Origin: an uncultured virus (IMG/VR IMGVR_UViG_2597490189_000005)
Taxonomy: Duplodnaviria; Heunggongvirae; Uroviricota; Caudoviricetes
IMG/VR virus record: IMGVR_UViG_2597490189_000005
Reading direction: 5' to 3' (one strand)
DNA length: 64,000 nucleotides
Positions 48,950-60,918 of this stretch are shown piece after piece. How positions within the stretch are numbered: the first letter of the stretch is position 1; each line of letters begins with the position of its first letter. The notes under the pieces were generated by a model, which ran no database searches, was not told where the DNA came from, and saw nothing but the letters and a program-made list of their open reading frames with translations. The translations under genes were made by a program, and so were the position numbers.

Positions 48950-51900
48950 TTATAACCTGCCGATTTTTACTCTAACTCGACCTTGTTCGTCATAGACGAC
49001 AATTTGGTCGTTGTTAATCACCATACCGACATTTGCTGTCGCTGACCTCATTTCAACTTGACCACTCGTATTGACTTTAAAGCGATTATTAATGTTAATA
49101 CTCCCAGCCGTTACTGCCCCCAAATTCGCACTAATCGCAGATAAGCTATTAATATTGAGTTTATCTGCCGTCAGCGTTTTACTTGCAATTTCATCCGCTG
49201 TAATGGTCTTAGTCGCTATTTGTTCTGCAGTAATGCTACGTGTAACAATACTACCACCATGAATGGCTGTCACACCTGAATTCTGCCAAGGGCTAGGATC
49301 TCGGGTATGTGCGGTGCATTCTTCAAGCATTGGGCGGGCGACAAGCATTAGAGCATTTGTATTTCTTGCTGTAATGCCTGTTTGGCGTAAACAAAATCTC
49401 ACTTTTTCACAATTTGCCGGTGCTTGAAATTTGATAAAAACACGCTCTGCGGTTTCTAATCCGGTAAAACCATTACCACCTGTTTTATGCGTTGCCGAGA
49501 TTGCGGTTCCGTTTGCGTTAAGATATTCAATAATCAACTCTGTTTTAACGCATCTGTGATTGCCCATATAAACAGACGCCATATACCACATCCTTCTGTT
49601 TACAGGTACAACTTGTGTCAATTCAGCATAATTGGTTGTGCCAATATCAGTTCTTCTGATAAATATACAGTTTTCATTCGGTAAACCCATTGAACGTAAA
49701 CCATAGTTTTTATTGGTATGCCTCCCAAAGGTAACTGTGCCGTTTACAGTACCTTTCGCCCAACCGTGCGGAACGCCATCATCGACATTGACATTGGCAA
49801 AGATTGGGTTTAATAAGAGATTCCCCCCTAATCCAACCGCAAATTTATCAGCGGTCAATTCCCCTACCGCAACATGATTTGCTCGAATTGCTCCCCCCTG
49901 AATACTCCCAGCGGCGATTGAGTCGGTCGCCATCATTCGAGCCGATACTATGCCATCTGCAATCAAATCGCCATTAACAGCAACTTTGTTATTAACAACA
50001 CTAAACATTGGCTTAACGTTGCCATCCTGGGCATTTTTGACCACGTTAAATTTATCCGCCATCACAATAACAGAACTTTCAGTTCCTCCATTTGAGCCTA
50101 AAGAGATGCCCGCAAGTGCTTTTCTATTGCCAGCAATAGATACTGCTTGGATTGTGTGCATTGTGCTGACAGTGCCATTAAGCGTTGTAATAGCCTGACT
50201 TGTTGTAGATAGGCTAGATTCCGCATTCCCTAGGCGAGTGGTTAATCCTGAGATTTGAGTCGCTTGCGCTTGCTCTTTGGTTGCTTGCGTTGACTTATAA
50301 CTCGTCAACTCTGCTGACACTGCACTGATAGACTGCTCTATATCTTCGGGCGCTGGAGCCCAAGTCATAGCTCTATTGCCTTCGACAAGCATAGGATTTT
50401 GTAATTCTACAAGTCCTTCACCTGGATTAATGAATGAAATGTTTCTTATCGCACTAACGAAGGTAATCGATATTTTTTGCCATATGCCTGGAGTCAAATT
50501 TCTTGCATGAAAATTAACCCATTTCTGCCCATCGTGCATATGGAGATAAAACGCAGTTCTTTCGGGTTTGACCTCAGCACTAAATGTATATTGCTTCTTG
50601 GGCAGATTAAAACCTTGCCTCCAGTACCAGTTTGCCGTGTTTAAATTTTTTAAAACTGCGATTCCGTTTCTAACATCCCTTCCACCAATTACATTCCAGT
50701 GGGTAGTGTTGTTTAATAGACGAGAATTTTTAATTAAATTCCACCCCCCAATCGCAATCCCATCAATCTTAGCATTAAGGCTCTGACTTAGCTCCGAAAC
50801 ACTACGGTTAGCACTTGCAACGCTATTCTGCAAGGTAGAAATATCACTCATCGCTTGTGTGCGTCGATTTACCTCTTGAGCTAACGCACTTTGTACGGTG
50901 TTAGCTTTGGATAAGGCATTATTGGCTGTACTGCTTGCTGTCGTAAGTTGATTAATAAGCGCTTGGTCTAATTGACTACTTGCAAGTTTTCCTTCTAAAT
51001 CAACCACTTGTACTTTAGCAGTGTATTTTCTGCCATCCCAAACATATAACTTGCCGTCAGCTTCGTTATACACTTGGTTATACCCAATGTTTTCCGTTGG
51101 GTTATCAATACGAGCAACGGTTTTAGTCATCTCCAATTTGCGTGCGGGCATTGCGGTATCAAAGACTTCATCAATAATATTTCGCCCTAGCTTTTCATTC
51201 AACAACGCAAGCTCGGCATCAATATCTGCCCCTGTTTCTGCGCTTAAGCCTTGCTGTTGATACCAATCCCCCACGTTAATGCCACGAGTATGACGTAACC
51301 AGTAGTAACGTGTTTGACGTGGACCTACATTGTGGGTGTAGATATTCGCTATCACTTTCGCAATCCGCTCTGCGTTGGCTAGGTTGTTGGTTGAACTTGC
51401 CCAGATTTCCGTTTGCGTGGCTTCGTCCACAAAATCCCAAGACAGCGTAATACCTGATAAACCGCCCGATACCGATATATTTTTAGGTGTAGGTGGATTG
51501 TCAATCGTAAAGGATTGTACTTTTTCGCTCAGCATCCGCCCTTGTGCATCTCTTGCAATAATTGTGACTTGGTATTCACCATTTGCTAAATCTGCAAGAT
51601 TCAGCTCACTACTGGATTCATCACGTTTAAACAGATACAACTTTCCGTCTTTTAAGACTTTGATGTCATATTTAACCGTGCCATTACCTGATGTCACTTC
51701 CCACGACACTTTCATATCACCGCTCAACGTCGGTTGTACGCCTAAGTGTGTTAATTGTGGCTCAACTTTATGGCGTGTTTCAGACAAAGGAGTAAAGATT
51801 GCCCCTTCATCAACAATTCGCTCTTTCTGTGGCTCGTGCTGTAATGCGGTAATGCCGTAGCTACCGTCTTCATTTTCCGCCACGCCAAGCACACGATAGC

Positions 51901-53596
51901 GTTGTGTGCTGACTAACGGGGTATGCAACGCCCAAGTATCCATTATTTGTAAGCCTGTTGGCTCGCTATCTAATGTCACAAGCGATTTGTTTTGGGCATT
52001 AATTTGCGAAATTTTACGACGAACTAACCGCTGTCCGTTGTTATCATTGACTAAATAACTTAGGTACTTTTCGCCAGCGACTTCAATCGGGGCATCAAGG
52101 GTAACGGTTCTGCCGTTAATGGCTAACACACGCCCACCAAGATTGACATTAGCGTATGATTTGTCCGCAATTTCGATAATGTCACCTGGTAATACCTGTA
52201 ACCCTTCACGCCCTACGCTAAAGCTGATCGTGCATTGCTCTAAGCGAGACGTTTCAAGCACCCACTTACCATAACGGCGAGCTTGCCCACGAGAAGTACA
52301 GGCAAACGCAACGATTTTCTTCACGTTATAGCCATAACGTTTGATCATCGCATCGTCTGCCACATACTCAATCGCTTTTTGATAGTTGTTGCGTTCGTCG
52401 GCATATTCCACTTCAACAGCAGTAAAAATGGACTTAAGCGGTACATACTGGCGGTTAAATTTACCGTCAATAACGTTCGCCTGAGTAAATGAGCAGACAG
52501 GATCGGCATTTCTGTCTTGAATAGCGGTTAATTGCGTACCATTCCACACCACAATCGCACGGAAAACCGACGCCATATCTGAAATCACGGAATAAGCATC
52601 ACGTTGCTCTGTCAGCCATAAATTTGCCACCATTCTAGGCTCAACACCGCCATAGCCATCTGGTACTTGTTGATCGCAGTATTGGGCAATTTGATACAAC
52701 TGGAATTTATCAATGCCATAATCGCCTAAACGTTGCCCTAAGCCAGCTAGCTTATTGGTAACTAAATCGTAAAACACCCACGCAGGATTATTGGTCCACG
52801 CCAGCTTAAAATCCCCACGCCATAAACCACTGCCATAGGTTCTCGTATCAGGATCGTAATTGCTCGGCACTTTGACCAAACGACCATATAGCAGAAAGTT
52901 AATGTTTGGAAAGCTCGGGTTATAGCGTGAATCGGTTTTAATCCCCACTATCGCCATATTGGGATAGCTCAATTTGGCACTAATAATCTCCGTGTAACTC
53001 GACCAAAATGTCGCATTCTGCAAACGTTGGCTTTTACTGTCAGGCGTAACACGTTGTACCGTCACCGTGAATGGACGTGGTGGTAAATTGTCGATTAAAT
53101 AACTACGGTGAAAACGTGATGAAGATTTACCGTTAATCACTACAGTTTGTCGGGACTGACCGTTAATTAAAATCTCTAGATGCACCGATGTGCCGTGCGT
53201 ATCGCCTTGATCGTTTTGACTAAATAACGCATTCACGCCTAAAGTAATTCGCAAACAGTCAATATCAGGGTCGATCACCGTGCGAGAAATAGGATGTTCT
53301 AATTTCACTTCCGCACCCACAGAAACTTCTCTTTCTGACGCATCAAAATCTTCAAGGGGTTGCTGGTCTTGATAGCCTAAACGATAGCGAATCAAGGTAT
53401 TTTGATAATTCCACTCCCCTTTCGAGTTTTTGATCGGCGTGTAATCAAAGAAGGCACTCTGATACTGATCTGCTGTCACCGCACCACGAATAGGACCTAG
53501 CGAAATTAAGCCAATCGCACTTAATCGCTGTGCTGATTTTAGGTTATCGGGTGCTTCGTAAGGTGTATGGCCACCACCGCCTTTTTTACCGCCCAT
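48950..53596 (-). CDS. Host-specificity/central tail fibre J, intact (1548 aa)
   Basis: J core, FN3-like region, two NL+.N carbohydrate-binding-like inserts, C-terminal VRVKIGRL. Confidence 0.92.
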   Translation of the reverse strand: MGGKKGGGGHTPYEAPDNLKSAQRLSAIGLISLGPIRGAVTADQYQSAFFDYTPIKNSKGEWNYQNTLIRYRLGYQDQQPLEDFDASEREVSVGAEVKLEHPISRTVIDPDIDCLRITLGVNALFSQNDQGDTHGTSVHLEILINGQSRQTVVINGKSSSRFHRSYLIDNLPPRPFTVTVQRVTPDSKSQRLQNATFWSSYTEIISAKLSYPNMAIVGIKTDSRYNPSFPNINFLLYGRLVKVPSNYDPDTRTYGSGLWRGDFKLAWTNNPAWVFYDLVTNKLAGLGQRLGDYGIDKFQLYQIAQYCDQQVPDGYGGVEPRMVANLWLTEQRDAYSVISDMASVFRAIVVWNGTQLTAIQDRNADPVCSFTQANVIDGKFNRQYVPLKSIFTAVEVEYADERNNYQKAIEYVADDAMIKRYGYNVKKIVAFACTSRGQARRYGKWVLETSRLEQCTISFSVGREGLQVLPGDIIEIADKSYANVNLGGRVLAINGRTVTLDAPIEVAGEKYLSYLVNDNNGQRLVRRKISQINAQNKSLVTLDSEPTGLQIMDTWALHTPLVSTQRYRVLGVAENEDGSYGITALQHEPQKERIVDEGAIFTPLSETRHKVEPQLTHLGVQPTLSGDMKVSWEVTSGNGTVKYDIKVLKDGKLYLFKRDESSSELNLADLANGEYQVTIIARDAQGRMLSEKVQSFTIDNPPTPKNISVSGGLSGITLSWDFVDEATQTEIWASSTNNLANAERIAKVIANIYTHNVGPRQTRYYWLRHTRGINVGDWYQQQGLSAETGADIDAELALLNEKLGRNIIDEVFDTAMPARKLEMTKTVARIDNPTENIGYNQVYNEADGKLYVWDGRKYTAKVQVVDLEGKLASSQLDQALINQLTTASSTANNALSKANTVQSALAQEVNRRTQAMSDISTLQNSVASANRSVSELSQSLNAKIDGIAIGGWNLIKNSRLLNNTTHWNVIGGRDVRNGIAVLKNLNTANWYWRQGFNLPKKQYTFSAEVKPERTAFYLHMHDGQKWVNFHARNLTPGIWQKISITFVSAIRNISFINPGEGLVELQNPMLVEGNRAMTWAPAPEDIEQSISAVSAELTSYKSTQATKEQAQATQISGLTTRLGNAESSLSTTSQAITTLNGTVSTMHTIQAVSIAGNRKALAGISLGSNGGTESSVIVMADKFNVVKNAQDGNVKPMFSVVNNKVAVNGDLIADGIVSARMMATDSIAAGSIQGGAIRANHVAVGELTADKFAVGLGGNLLLNPIFANVNVDDGVPHGWAKGTVNGTVTFGRHTNKNYGLRSMGLPNENCIFIRRTDIGTTNYAELTQVVPVNRRMWYMASVYMGNHRCVKTELIIEYLNANGTAISATHKTGGNGFTGLETAERVFIKFQAPANCEKVRFCLRQTGITARNTNALMLVARPMLEECTAHTRDPSPWQNSGVTAIHGGSIVTRSITAEQIATKTITADEIASKTLTADKLNINSLSAISANLGAVTAGSININNRFKVNTSGQVEMRSATANVGMVINNDQIVVYDEQGRVRVKIGRL

Positions 53597-53647
53597 AGTT
53601 TCTCCAATAAAAAAGCCGTCACAGTTTCCTGTGCGACTGTAATTTGT

Positions 53648-54238
53648 TTACGTTGTCACATCATCAAAGGTATCAATACCCTGCGAAATCAAGATAAGAC
53701 TTGTCATCATTTTTCCGTAAAGCAACGGAATCGGTCTGCCTTGAGGGGTAAGATTGCGAATGTTTGAGAATGATGTACTTTGCTGTTTTTCGCTATCACT
53801 TAATTTCGTGTTCATATCTGGTGGACGAGCAAGCATTTGCATTACTCCGCCCATTGCCATTGATGCCCCCATTGCTCCAACCATCATTGCTGTACCTGCC
53901 GTCCAACCTAAAGGATTCCACCAAGCTACTGCAATAAGGGCAACACCGACGATCGCTTGTACAAATCCTACGCTTTTCCCTGCCCCCGCCACCACAGGCG
54001 TAAAATGTACAGTGCAATCATCTGCAAGTGTCATTGTAGGATTGGTTTTTATCTGCTCTTCGCTTAAATAGCGTTTTCCGATTCGGACTTTGTAATAACC
54101 TTTGCGTAGATGTTGGCTTAAGCCTTGAATCTGGCTAAGTAGTCCGCTCATCAGCTCTTTAAATGAACTGACTTCAAGCGCTATCGGTTCGTTAGGCTCA
54201 AATCGTTTAAGATCGCCGTAAAATTTAACTCTGACCAT
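53648..54238 (-). CDS. Tail assembly protein I
   Basis: Protein identical to copy 1. Confidence 0.9.
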   Translation of the reverse strand: MVRVKFYGDLKRFEPNEPIALEVSSFKELMSGLLSQIQGLSQHLRKGYYKVRIGKRYLSEEQIKTNPTMTLADDCTVHFTPVVAGAGKSVGFVQAIVGVALIAVAWWNPLGWTAGTAMMVGAMGASMAMGGVMQMLARPPDMNTKLSDSEKQQSTSFSNIRNLTPQGRPIPLLYGKMMTSLILISQGIDTFDDVTT

Positions 54239-54942
54239 TTCGGGTATCTCCAAATACTGTGCGTTTGTTGTAACCAAGCGCCGTCATAAGGCACACGAGC
54301 AGATAATCGCCCCTCGCTGTGGTGTAACATCATTTGATGACCAAGGTAAATGCCTGCGTGATTAGCCACATCACTACCAATTTGCAGTAACACAATATCG
54401 CCAAGCTGGGGCTGTGCTTCAAAATCCAATCGTTCAAAACCAAAGCGGAGCAAGTTTTCTTCATACAAGTTGTCTGATTTAAACCATTCAAACTCGTACT
54501 CCACATCGTCAGGCAAATCCAATCCCGACAACATATAGGCATCAAGTAAGATATTGCGGCAATCTTGTTTGTTATTCTCAAACGAACGACCAACAAGCGG
54601 TGCGATTGGGCGGAATTTTTGCAATTTTCCGTCGCAAACCAACCAAAACGGCAAATTTAACCGCACTTGGCATTCACGGTCAGCGGTTGATAAATACGGC
54701 AAGCCTTTTTCCGTGTCCAAATCAGGGTGAGAATGAACAACCGCCACAATCTCACCCACGCTTTCCGCCCGAATCCAATCATCAGGTGAAATTTCAAAAT
54801 GATTAATCGGATCGACAGCCACATTTTCACAAGGAAAATAACGTAACTCACCGCCCTTAGAAACAACAAAACCGCAACTTTCGTGCGGTTCTGAGCGTTT
54901 GGCGTGAGCAATGATTTTAAATTCTAAATCAGGTGTTTCCAT
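54181..54942 (-). CDS. Tail assembly protein K
   Basis: Near-identical to copy 1. Confidence 0.92.
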   Translation of the reverse strand: METPDLEFKIIAHAKRSEPHESCGFVVSKGGELRYFPCENVAVDPINHFEISPDDWIRAESVGEIVAVVHSHPDLDTEKGLPYLSTADRECQVRLNLPFWLVCDGKLQKFRPIAPLVGRSFENNKQDCRNILLDAYMLSGLDLPDDVEYEFEWFKSDNLYEENLLRFGFERLDFEAQPQLGDIVLLQIGSDVANHAGIYLGHQMMLHHSEGRLSARVPYDGAWLQQTHSIWRYPKWSELNFTAILNDLSLTNR

Positions 54943-54985
54943 TTTTACTCCCAATAAAAAAGCCCGAACATATCGGGCTTATAGA

Positions 54986-55366
54986 TTATTTTTCTTGTAA
55001 TAATGTATCCAGTTCCTTTAATTTAATTATCGCATTTTGGCATTCTTTTAATTGTTGTCTTGCTTGAAATTGTGAAACATTTGCATCAAGTTTATAACAA
55101 CTTATTACACGTTTATCTTTTAATATTTGAACATATCTTGCTAAGGTTTTAGCTGAGCGATTTTCAATACTTTTTAATTTTTCAATCGCAAATTGATGTT
55201 CACCATAACTCTTATCCATTAAATCAATCTTGTGTTTAGAGAGAAATTGGTTAAGCTCATGATAAAAGTAATAATAACTATGTTTGATGCTATCTCTCCA
55301 TTCAATTTCGCTAGATTGTTTTGACAAAATCTCAGCTCGTTCAATTAATTCCGTATGCTTAATCAT
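54986..55366 (-). CDS. HEPN-domain protein (putative), copy 2
   Basis: Two substitutions relative to 6285-6665. Confidence 0.6.
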   Translation of the reverse strand: MIKHTELIERAEILSKQSSEIEWRDSIKHSYYYFYHELNQFLSKHKIDLMDKSYGEHQFAIEKLKSIENRSAKTLARYVQILKDKRVISCYKLDANVSQFQARQQLKECQNAIIKLKELDTLLQEK

Positions 55367-56112
55367 TATTTATACGCCTCACAATAAAGATACAAGCAAT
55401 CTAAATCTAGGTGATTTTTTTCTGCAAATTCTGCGAATAAATCTGATAGATTAGCGTTACACTCAACTATCTTTTCAAGATCTTCTTCATCTACATATTG
55501 AACAAGGTTAACAATATGTAACCGCTCATCAATTTCACGAAACTCAGTACCAATGATAAATCTAGAAACAATATGTTGATTAATAAGCCGATTGACTTCA
55601 AGACCGAAATCTAACATTAAACGTCCACTACCAAATACTTTATTTAATTTAGTAATAATATCAATATTATGTTTTATCTTACATTTATCTAGCTCAGTTT
55701 TGATAGGAGTTAAATCGTCATAAGCAAAAAAGTTCATTAGCCGACCTTCTAATGTTCGAAGTATTTTTATGTCGCCATTTCGAGCTATCTGAAATGCTTG
55801 TCGATAACAATCTAAAGCTAATTCAAATTGATTAAAGATTTCGTAAGTAAACCCTAAATTATAGATATTTGATGCGCTATGATTGAGTTCAATAGATTTC
55901 TGACAAGCAAAAATTGCTTTACTTTCTTGATTGGCTAAAGCATAAACACTTCCTTCCATGCTCCACGCCAAATCGGGTACTATTAACTTCAACTTCTCAA
56001 TGTCGCTAAGTAATCTATTAATAAACATAGGGGTGAACTTCTTCATATAACGAGCATCCTCAATGCGTCGAAATAGGCTGTCCGCAATAGTTTGTGGTTG
56101 AATGGCTGCCAT
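55366..56112 (-). CDS. TPR-containing protein, copy 2
   Basis: Same protein as 6665-7411. Confidence 0.65.
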   Translation of the reverse strand: MAAIQPQTIADSLFRRIEDARYMKKFTPMFINRLLSDIEKLKLIVPDLAWSMEGSVYALANQESKAIFACQKSIELNHSASNIYNLGFTYEIFNQFELALDCYRQAFQIARNGDIKILRTLEGRLMNFFAYDDLTPIKTELDKCKIKHNIDIITKLNKVFGSGRLMLDFGLEVNRLINQHIVSRFIIGTEFREIDERLHIVNLVQYVDEEDLEKIVECNANLSDLFAEFAEKNHLDLDCLYLYCEAYK

Positions 56113-56191
56113 AAAATCCTCTTCTGTTTATAATATAGTTCAACACAATGGCGAACTCATATAGTTTACAAGTAAAACACCTTGATAGCAA

Positions 56192-56929
56192 TCAAGCCCC
56201 ATACTGCGTCGTACTTGGAAAGCCTCCAAACGGTAAAATGGCGTTAGCCCCGAATCTCAGCTTGCAACCACGCAAACAGTGAGAGCAAGCATCTTTTTTC
56301 GGATCGGTTGTCGGATTATCTTTTTCATCGGCAACCGGTCCGCCTGTGTAGCCACACTCCGCAGAACGATATGGCCAAATGCAAGTATCAGACGTAATCA
56401 TCAGCAACGGAATACGTGCATTATCTGTTTCTGCGGGTAAAGCCAGCTCAAAGGTCGCCACTTCATCATTGAGGATTTTTAGCTGTTCAATAATGAATAA
56501 ACTGACACTTTCCTGTGTCGGATCGGCTTGTGAGTTTCGTCCGTTAGGAAAATTGCGAGCATCAAGGAATTGAGCATAGACTAAACGACGTGTCACTTTC
56601 GCCCCAATCCCTTGTCCGAAATCTGCGGCTAAAGCGGTGACAATGCCGTACAGGTTTGAGATTGTTAAAGTCGGTCGGTTACTCGGCCCTTGACCGCTAA
56701 TCTCAAAACCGTCCGCATTAATTGGATAGGCTTGGTACTCGTTACCTTGCCACCAAACATTCTGCTGACCTTGATTTAAGCCATTGTGAAAGCGTAACAA
56801 CTCCCCTTTTCGTGTTTGGTCGCTATTACTGCTGATATGCCTTAAATCAATTTCCCACAGTTCAATCAAGGCATTTTGTTCAAGTTTTGGCAGTTCGTTT
56901 GCCATTTTTTGGGGTAGGGATTTTGGCAT
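56192..56929 (-). CDS. Minor tail protein L
   Basis: Near-identical to copy 1. Confidence 0.93.
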   Translation of the reverse strand: MPKSLPQKMANELPKLEQNALIELWEIDLRHISSNSDQTRKGELLRFHNGLNQGQQNVWWQGNEYQAYPINADGFEISGQGPSNRPTLTISNLYGIVTALAADFGQGIGAKVTRRLVYAQFLDARNFPNGRNSQADPTQESVSLFIIEQLKILNDEVATFELALPAETDNARIPLLMITSDTCIWPYRSAECGYTGGPVADEKDNPTTDPKKDACSHCLRGCKLRFGANAILPFGGFPSTTQYGA

Positions 56930-56938
56930 TACATACTC

Positions 56939-59900
56939 CTATCGTCTAAATTGACCACCCGCACGAGCGAAATTATTGGTGATCGCATTCTGACTTTCTT
57001 CTCTTGCGATTCCTCTCATTGTTTTTAACAATTCCACTGTGATGTGAGTTCCATCTGGCGTTTCTTCTTGAGAAACTTTGGCATCTACCGCATTACCATT
57101 GTTGATGATTTGAACATTTACAGATGATTTACCCGATGCTTGATTTCGGTTTCCTTGATTTGCTAAAAAGGCTTTTAAATCTTGGTTAGTACGACTATCA
57201 ACAACTCGCTCACCACGATCAAGCAACCACGTTCCTTCTTTTGGTATGCTATCAATACCAGAGTGAGCCATTACCGCTTAATGAAACAGATTGAATAGTG
57301 GAAATAATGCTTGCAGTTTCAGATGCTACTGTTGCCATCGCTGCAATATTTGCAGGGAATGGCTGAGCAGCTGCATTGGCAATACCTTGCTGTATTTTCA
57401 TAATACTGTCCGCAATTGCAAATGCTTTTGACATCGCAAACATTGTTTTGTAAATATCTGATTGTTCTTGCCCTGCGTTACGCATTACCCCAAGCATTGT
57501 ATCAATTGCTCCGCCAAAACCAGAGATACTACTCATAAACAGATTTTGCGTATCTTGTGTAGCTTTGTTGTCGATTTGTGCTTTTGCATTTACAAAATCT
57601 TGGTATTGAATTAATTCCTGATCGTACAATGATTGTAATTCAGCTAACTTTGAGGTTTGCTGATTTTGGATGGCTTGCGTTGGATCGAATTCAGCTTTCC
57701 AGCGGTCATATTCACTCACTGCATTTTGCCCAGCTAATTGTGCCTGTTTATTTCCCGCATCCCAAGTGGCGTTTTCTGTGGCTTTTTTCGCTTGGTCATG
57801 AGTTAAACGCCCTGCCGCATTAAGTCGTTGAATATCTTGTAAATGCTCTTTTAGCTCGCGTGCATATTGCAACTCAGGGGCGAACTGTTCTGCTAATTTT
57901 GCACGTTCATTGGCAAAACGTTGTGAAATCGCCAATTTTGCTGACTCATATTCTTCGTGTGAAACTACCCCTTTTTTCATATGTTCTTCCAAGCGTTGGA
58001 GCATTCGTTGTTGCTCTGCATCAATTTCTTCAAGGCTCGAACGGCTGTGTTTGCGGATCTCATCGTAAAAGGAAAGCCAGCTATCACGGGCATTTTCACC
58101 GCCACCTCGACTGCCACGTAAACTCTGATTAATGCTTTCTGTTTGAGCTTGATCTTTGAACATCCCTTGTAATACTTGCTTGCCTTCAATCAGCTTATTC
58201 AAGGTTTCGATAGATAAATCAATGCTTTTATCCGCTGCATTAGCTGCGGTAATCGTACCGTTGGCAATATCAATTAGCACTTGGTTATATTCAGCCCCCT
58301 TTTCCCCAAGTAATTCATATAAGCCTGCTAAAACAAAAGCGGATTCTGCTTGTCCTTGCTGTTTCAATTTTGCCACTTCAAGATTTTGAGCCACCGTCAA
58401 AGAGCGCTCTTTTAGTTTCTTAAACGCCTCATCTAGCTCTAAATTGGCTTTTACGCCACCTTGAGCCGCCTCTTTCTGCTGTTTTATTGTGTTACTTAAA
58501 CTGGCAATAACACCATCTGCTGTATTGGCATCGATACCTAGATTTTTCATTTTGGTACGAAAATCATCAATGCTTTTTCCATTTGACAAAAACACACCAC
58601 CAAGAGCGGTTAATTGGTTGCTTAAAACTGAAAGATCGATATTTTTATTTTCCCGAATTCTTTCTAATTCCGCGTTTAATTTTTCAAGATCTTGCTTGGA
58701 ACTTTCAGACAGTTCCAAACCAAATTGCCACGCACTTGTTTGAATTTGAGAGATTTCCGCCCGCACTTTGGAAATTTGCTCGCTATAATTTTCCATTGCT
58801 TGAGTTTGCTCAATAATCTTCAAAGTCAGTGCGCTTTCGCTTAAGCCGTCATAACTTTCTTTTAAACGGTTATTCGCACTCTCGGTATCTAACGCTGCCT
58901 CTTTTGCCTCTTGCGCTTTTTGGGTGAAATAAAACAACGCACCCGCAGCAATAGTTGCCGCCCCAGCTGGGCCACCAATAAGACCTAATGCGCCACTTAA
59001 TAAATTTTTTGCCCCTGCGGCGGCGTTACTTGCAATAGACGCGCGTTGAGACGCTGTCGCAAGGTTATTCATTGCAACCGCCTCCGCATTAATAAGCCCC
59101 GTAATAACTTGTGCTTGTTGAGCCATTTTAGCCTCAATCGCTGCTCTAGCTTTCTTGGTTCGTGCTAATTGCATTTCTGAATTCAACAAATTCATTTTGG
59201 CTTGTGCAGCTGCTAATTCTGCCGCTGCTTGGGTTTGTGTGGCTTTCGCAGCGATTAAACTCGCTTGCGCTTGTCTGTGTGTTTCCACTCGAGCAAGAAC
59301 CAACGTTGAAATAAACTTAGCCCCATTGCCAGCTGCAATTGCCAAAAGCACACCGGCTAAATACTCAAAATTCTGTGCAAGAAAAGAAATACCTGCCGCT
59401 AAGTTTTCTGTAATACCTAAAGTGCGGTTTTGTTCATCCGCAAATTTCATAAAGGCATTTTCCATTTGTTGCATTGCGCCACCAAAGGACAACGGCATTT
59501 GCTCAAATTTTTGGTTAATTTTTTCCGTTGAACCGTTAAACGCTTCAAAAATTAATTTAGATGTTAATTGTCCTTCCCCTGCTAATTTTTTCACTTCCGC
59601 ACGGCTTTTCCCCATATATTCTGCAAGCACATCAAGAATAATCGGAGCAGATTCCGCAATGGTTTTAAATTCATCGCCTTGTAATTGCCCTGAACCTAAG
59701 GCTTGCGACAACTGAAATAATGCACTTGCTTGAGCCTCAGCACTCACACCACCAACAGCCATTGCTTTATTCATTGTTTCAGTAAATTGCAGAATATCTT
59801 TTTGCGCATAACCATAATCTTTTAACGCACGAGCTGAGCGGGTATAAAGCGTTGTTGTTGCCTCTAAACTTCCCCTTGTACGTTGGGCAATCTCAAATAA

Positions 59901-60179
59901 TTCCTTTTGCACTTGGTTCATTTCAGTCATAGAACTTGTCACAAACTGCACTTGATTGCGTAAAGACTGCATTTTGTCCGCCAGCGCTAAGAGGTGAGAA
60001 ATCCCACCGCCTATTCCAGATAAAGCCAATAACGCCTGTAAACGCCCAAAGCATTTATTTAATTGTTCAGTGGCGGTTTCTGTTCTTTTTGCGGCGCGTT
60101 CTACATTGTTTAAATCACGAGCAGACTTATCCGCACCGCTTGTGGTGACTTTAATGGCTAATGTTGCTAAATCTGTCAT
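56939..60179 (-). pseudogene. Tape measure protein B, +1 frameshift near 57272
   Basis: Tape-measure N-domain (QLSQALGSG.LQGDEF). Removing one A joins ...SLSG to MAHSGIDSIPKEGTWLL. Confidence 0.8.
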
Positions 60180-60253
60180 TTTTCCTACCTCAAAAATAAA
60201 ACCGCTTGCATCTCATGACACAAGCGGTTTGATATTGATATTTTTTGCAAAAT

Positions 60254-60514
60254 CTATTTAATGATTACATGCTTTACCTGATTTTTCTCAGCGTCTTTTT
60301 GCTGTTGAATTTCCAGCTCTTTCTTTAATCGATCTAAATAGACTTTATTTTTATAAAGCCCAAATGCAACAGAGCCAATCAGGGTGACGGATAGACCAAA
60401 AATCGTGGCATAAAAGAGCGTAATATCTTGAGCAAAAGCCCCTAATACGAAAAATATAACCCAACTCATCAGCCAACCGATGAAAACGGCTTTTACACAG
60501 GAAAATAAGAACAT
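60254..60514 (-). CDS. Small 2TM membrane protein (moron)
   Basis: RBS AAGGAG, USS hairpin terminator downstream. Confidence 0.6.
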   Translation of the reverse strand: MFLFSCVKAVFIGWLMSWVIFFVLGAFAQDITLFYATIFGLSVTLIGSVAFGLYKNKVYLDRLKKELEIQQQKDAEKNQVKHVIIK

Positions 60515-60567
60515 ATGCGACTCCTTTTTTTGAAATCTAACACTACACCGATTAAATTTCAACAAAT

Positions 60568-60918
60568 TTACGCTACCACTTCCCTAAATTGAGCTGAAAG
60601 CGTCCAAAAGCCTTGTTGTTGGTTTGTTTTCCATTCGTCACAACGAAATTTTCCTTGTGTTGAACTGTTCGGAGTCCATAAAAACGATTTATACCCACCG
60701 TGTCTATCTAAAAATGCGTCTATTTGCTTAATACGCTCTTCTGTGCCACTAAAAGAAATATCATAAATGCGGAGATTGTGATTTAATCCTTTGGGTGCTA
60801 CTTGCTCGTAACCATTACCAAACTTAAGTTTCATCACCTCAGGTTTTTTCGTGAGTTGCATTCCCCAATCGGGATTAAAGTTAAAGGTTTCCACACTAAA
60901 TCTCCGTATTTTGTACAT
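60568..60918 (-). CDS. Minor tail protein M
   Basis: FGNGYEQ.APKGLN and FLDRHGG.KSF.W. Confidence 0.88.
   Translation of the reverse strand: MYKIRRFSVETFNFNPDWGMQLTKKPEVMKLKFGNGYEQVAPKGLNHNLRIYDISFSGTEERIKQIDAFLDRHGGYKSFLWTPNSSTQGKFRCDEWKTNQQQGFWTLSAQFREVVA

Larger units (their letters stand above)
50850..56930. repeat. 6.1-kb direct repeat, copy 2
   Basis: Matches 2149-8229. Confidence 0.95.
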
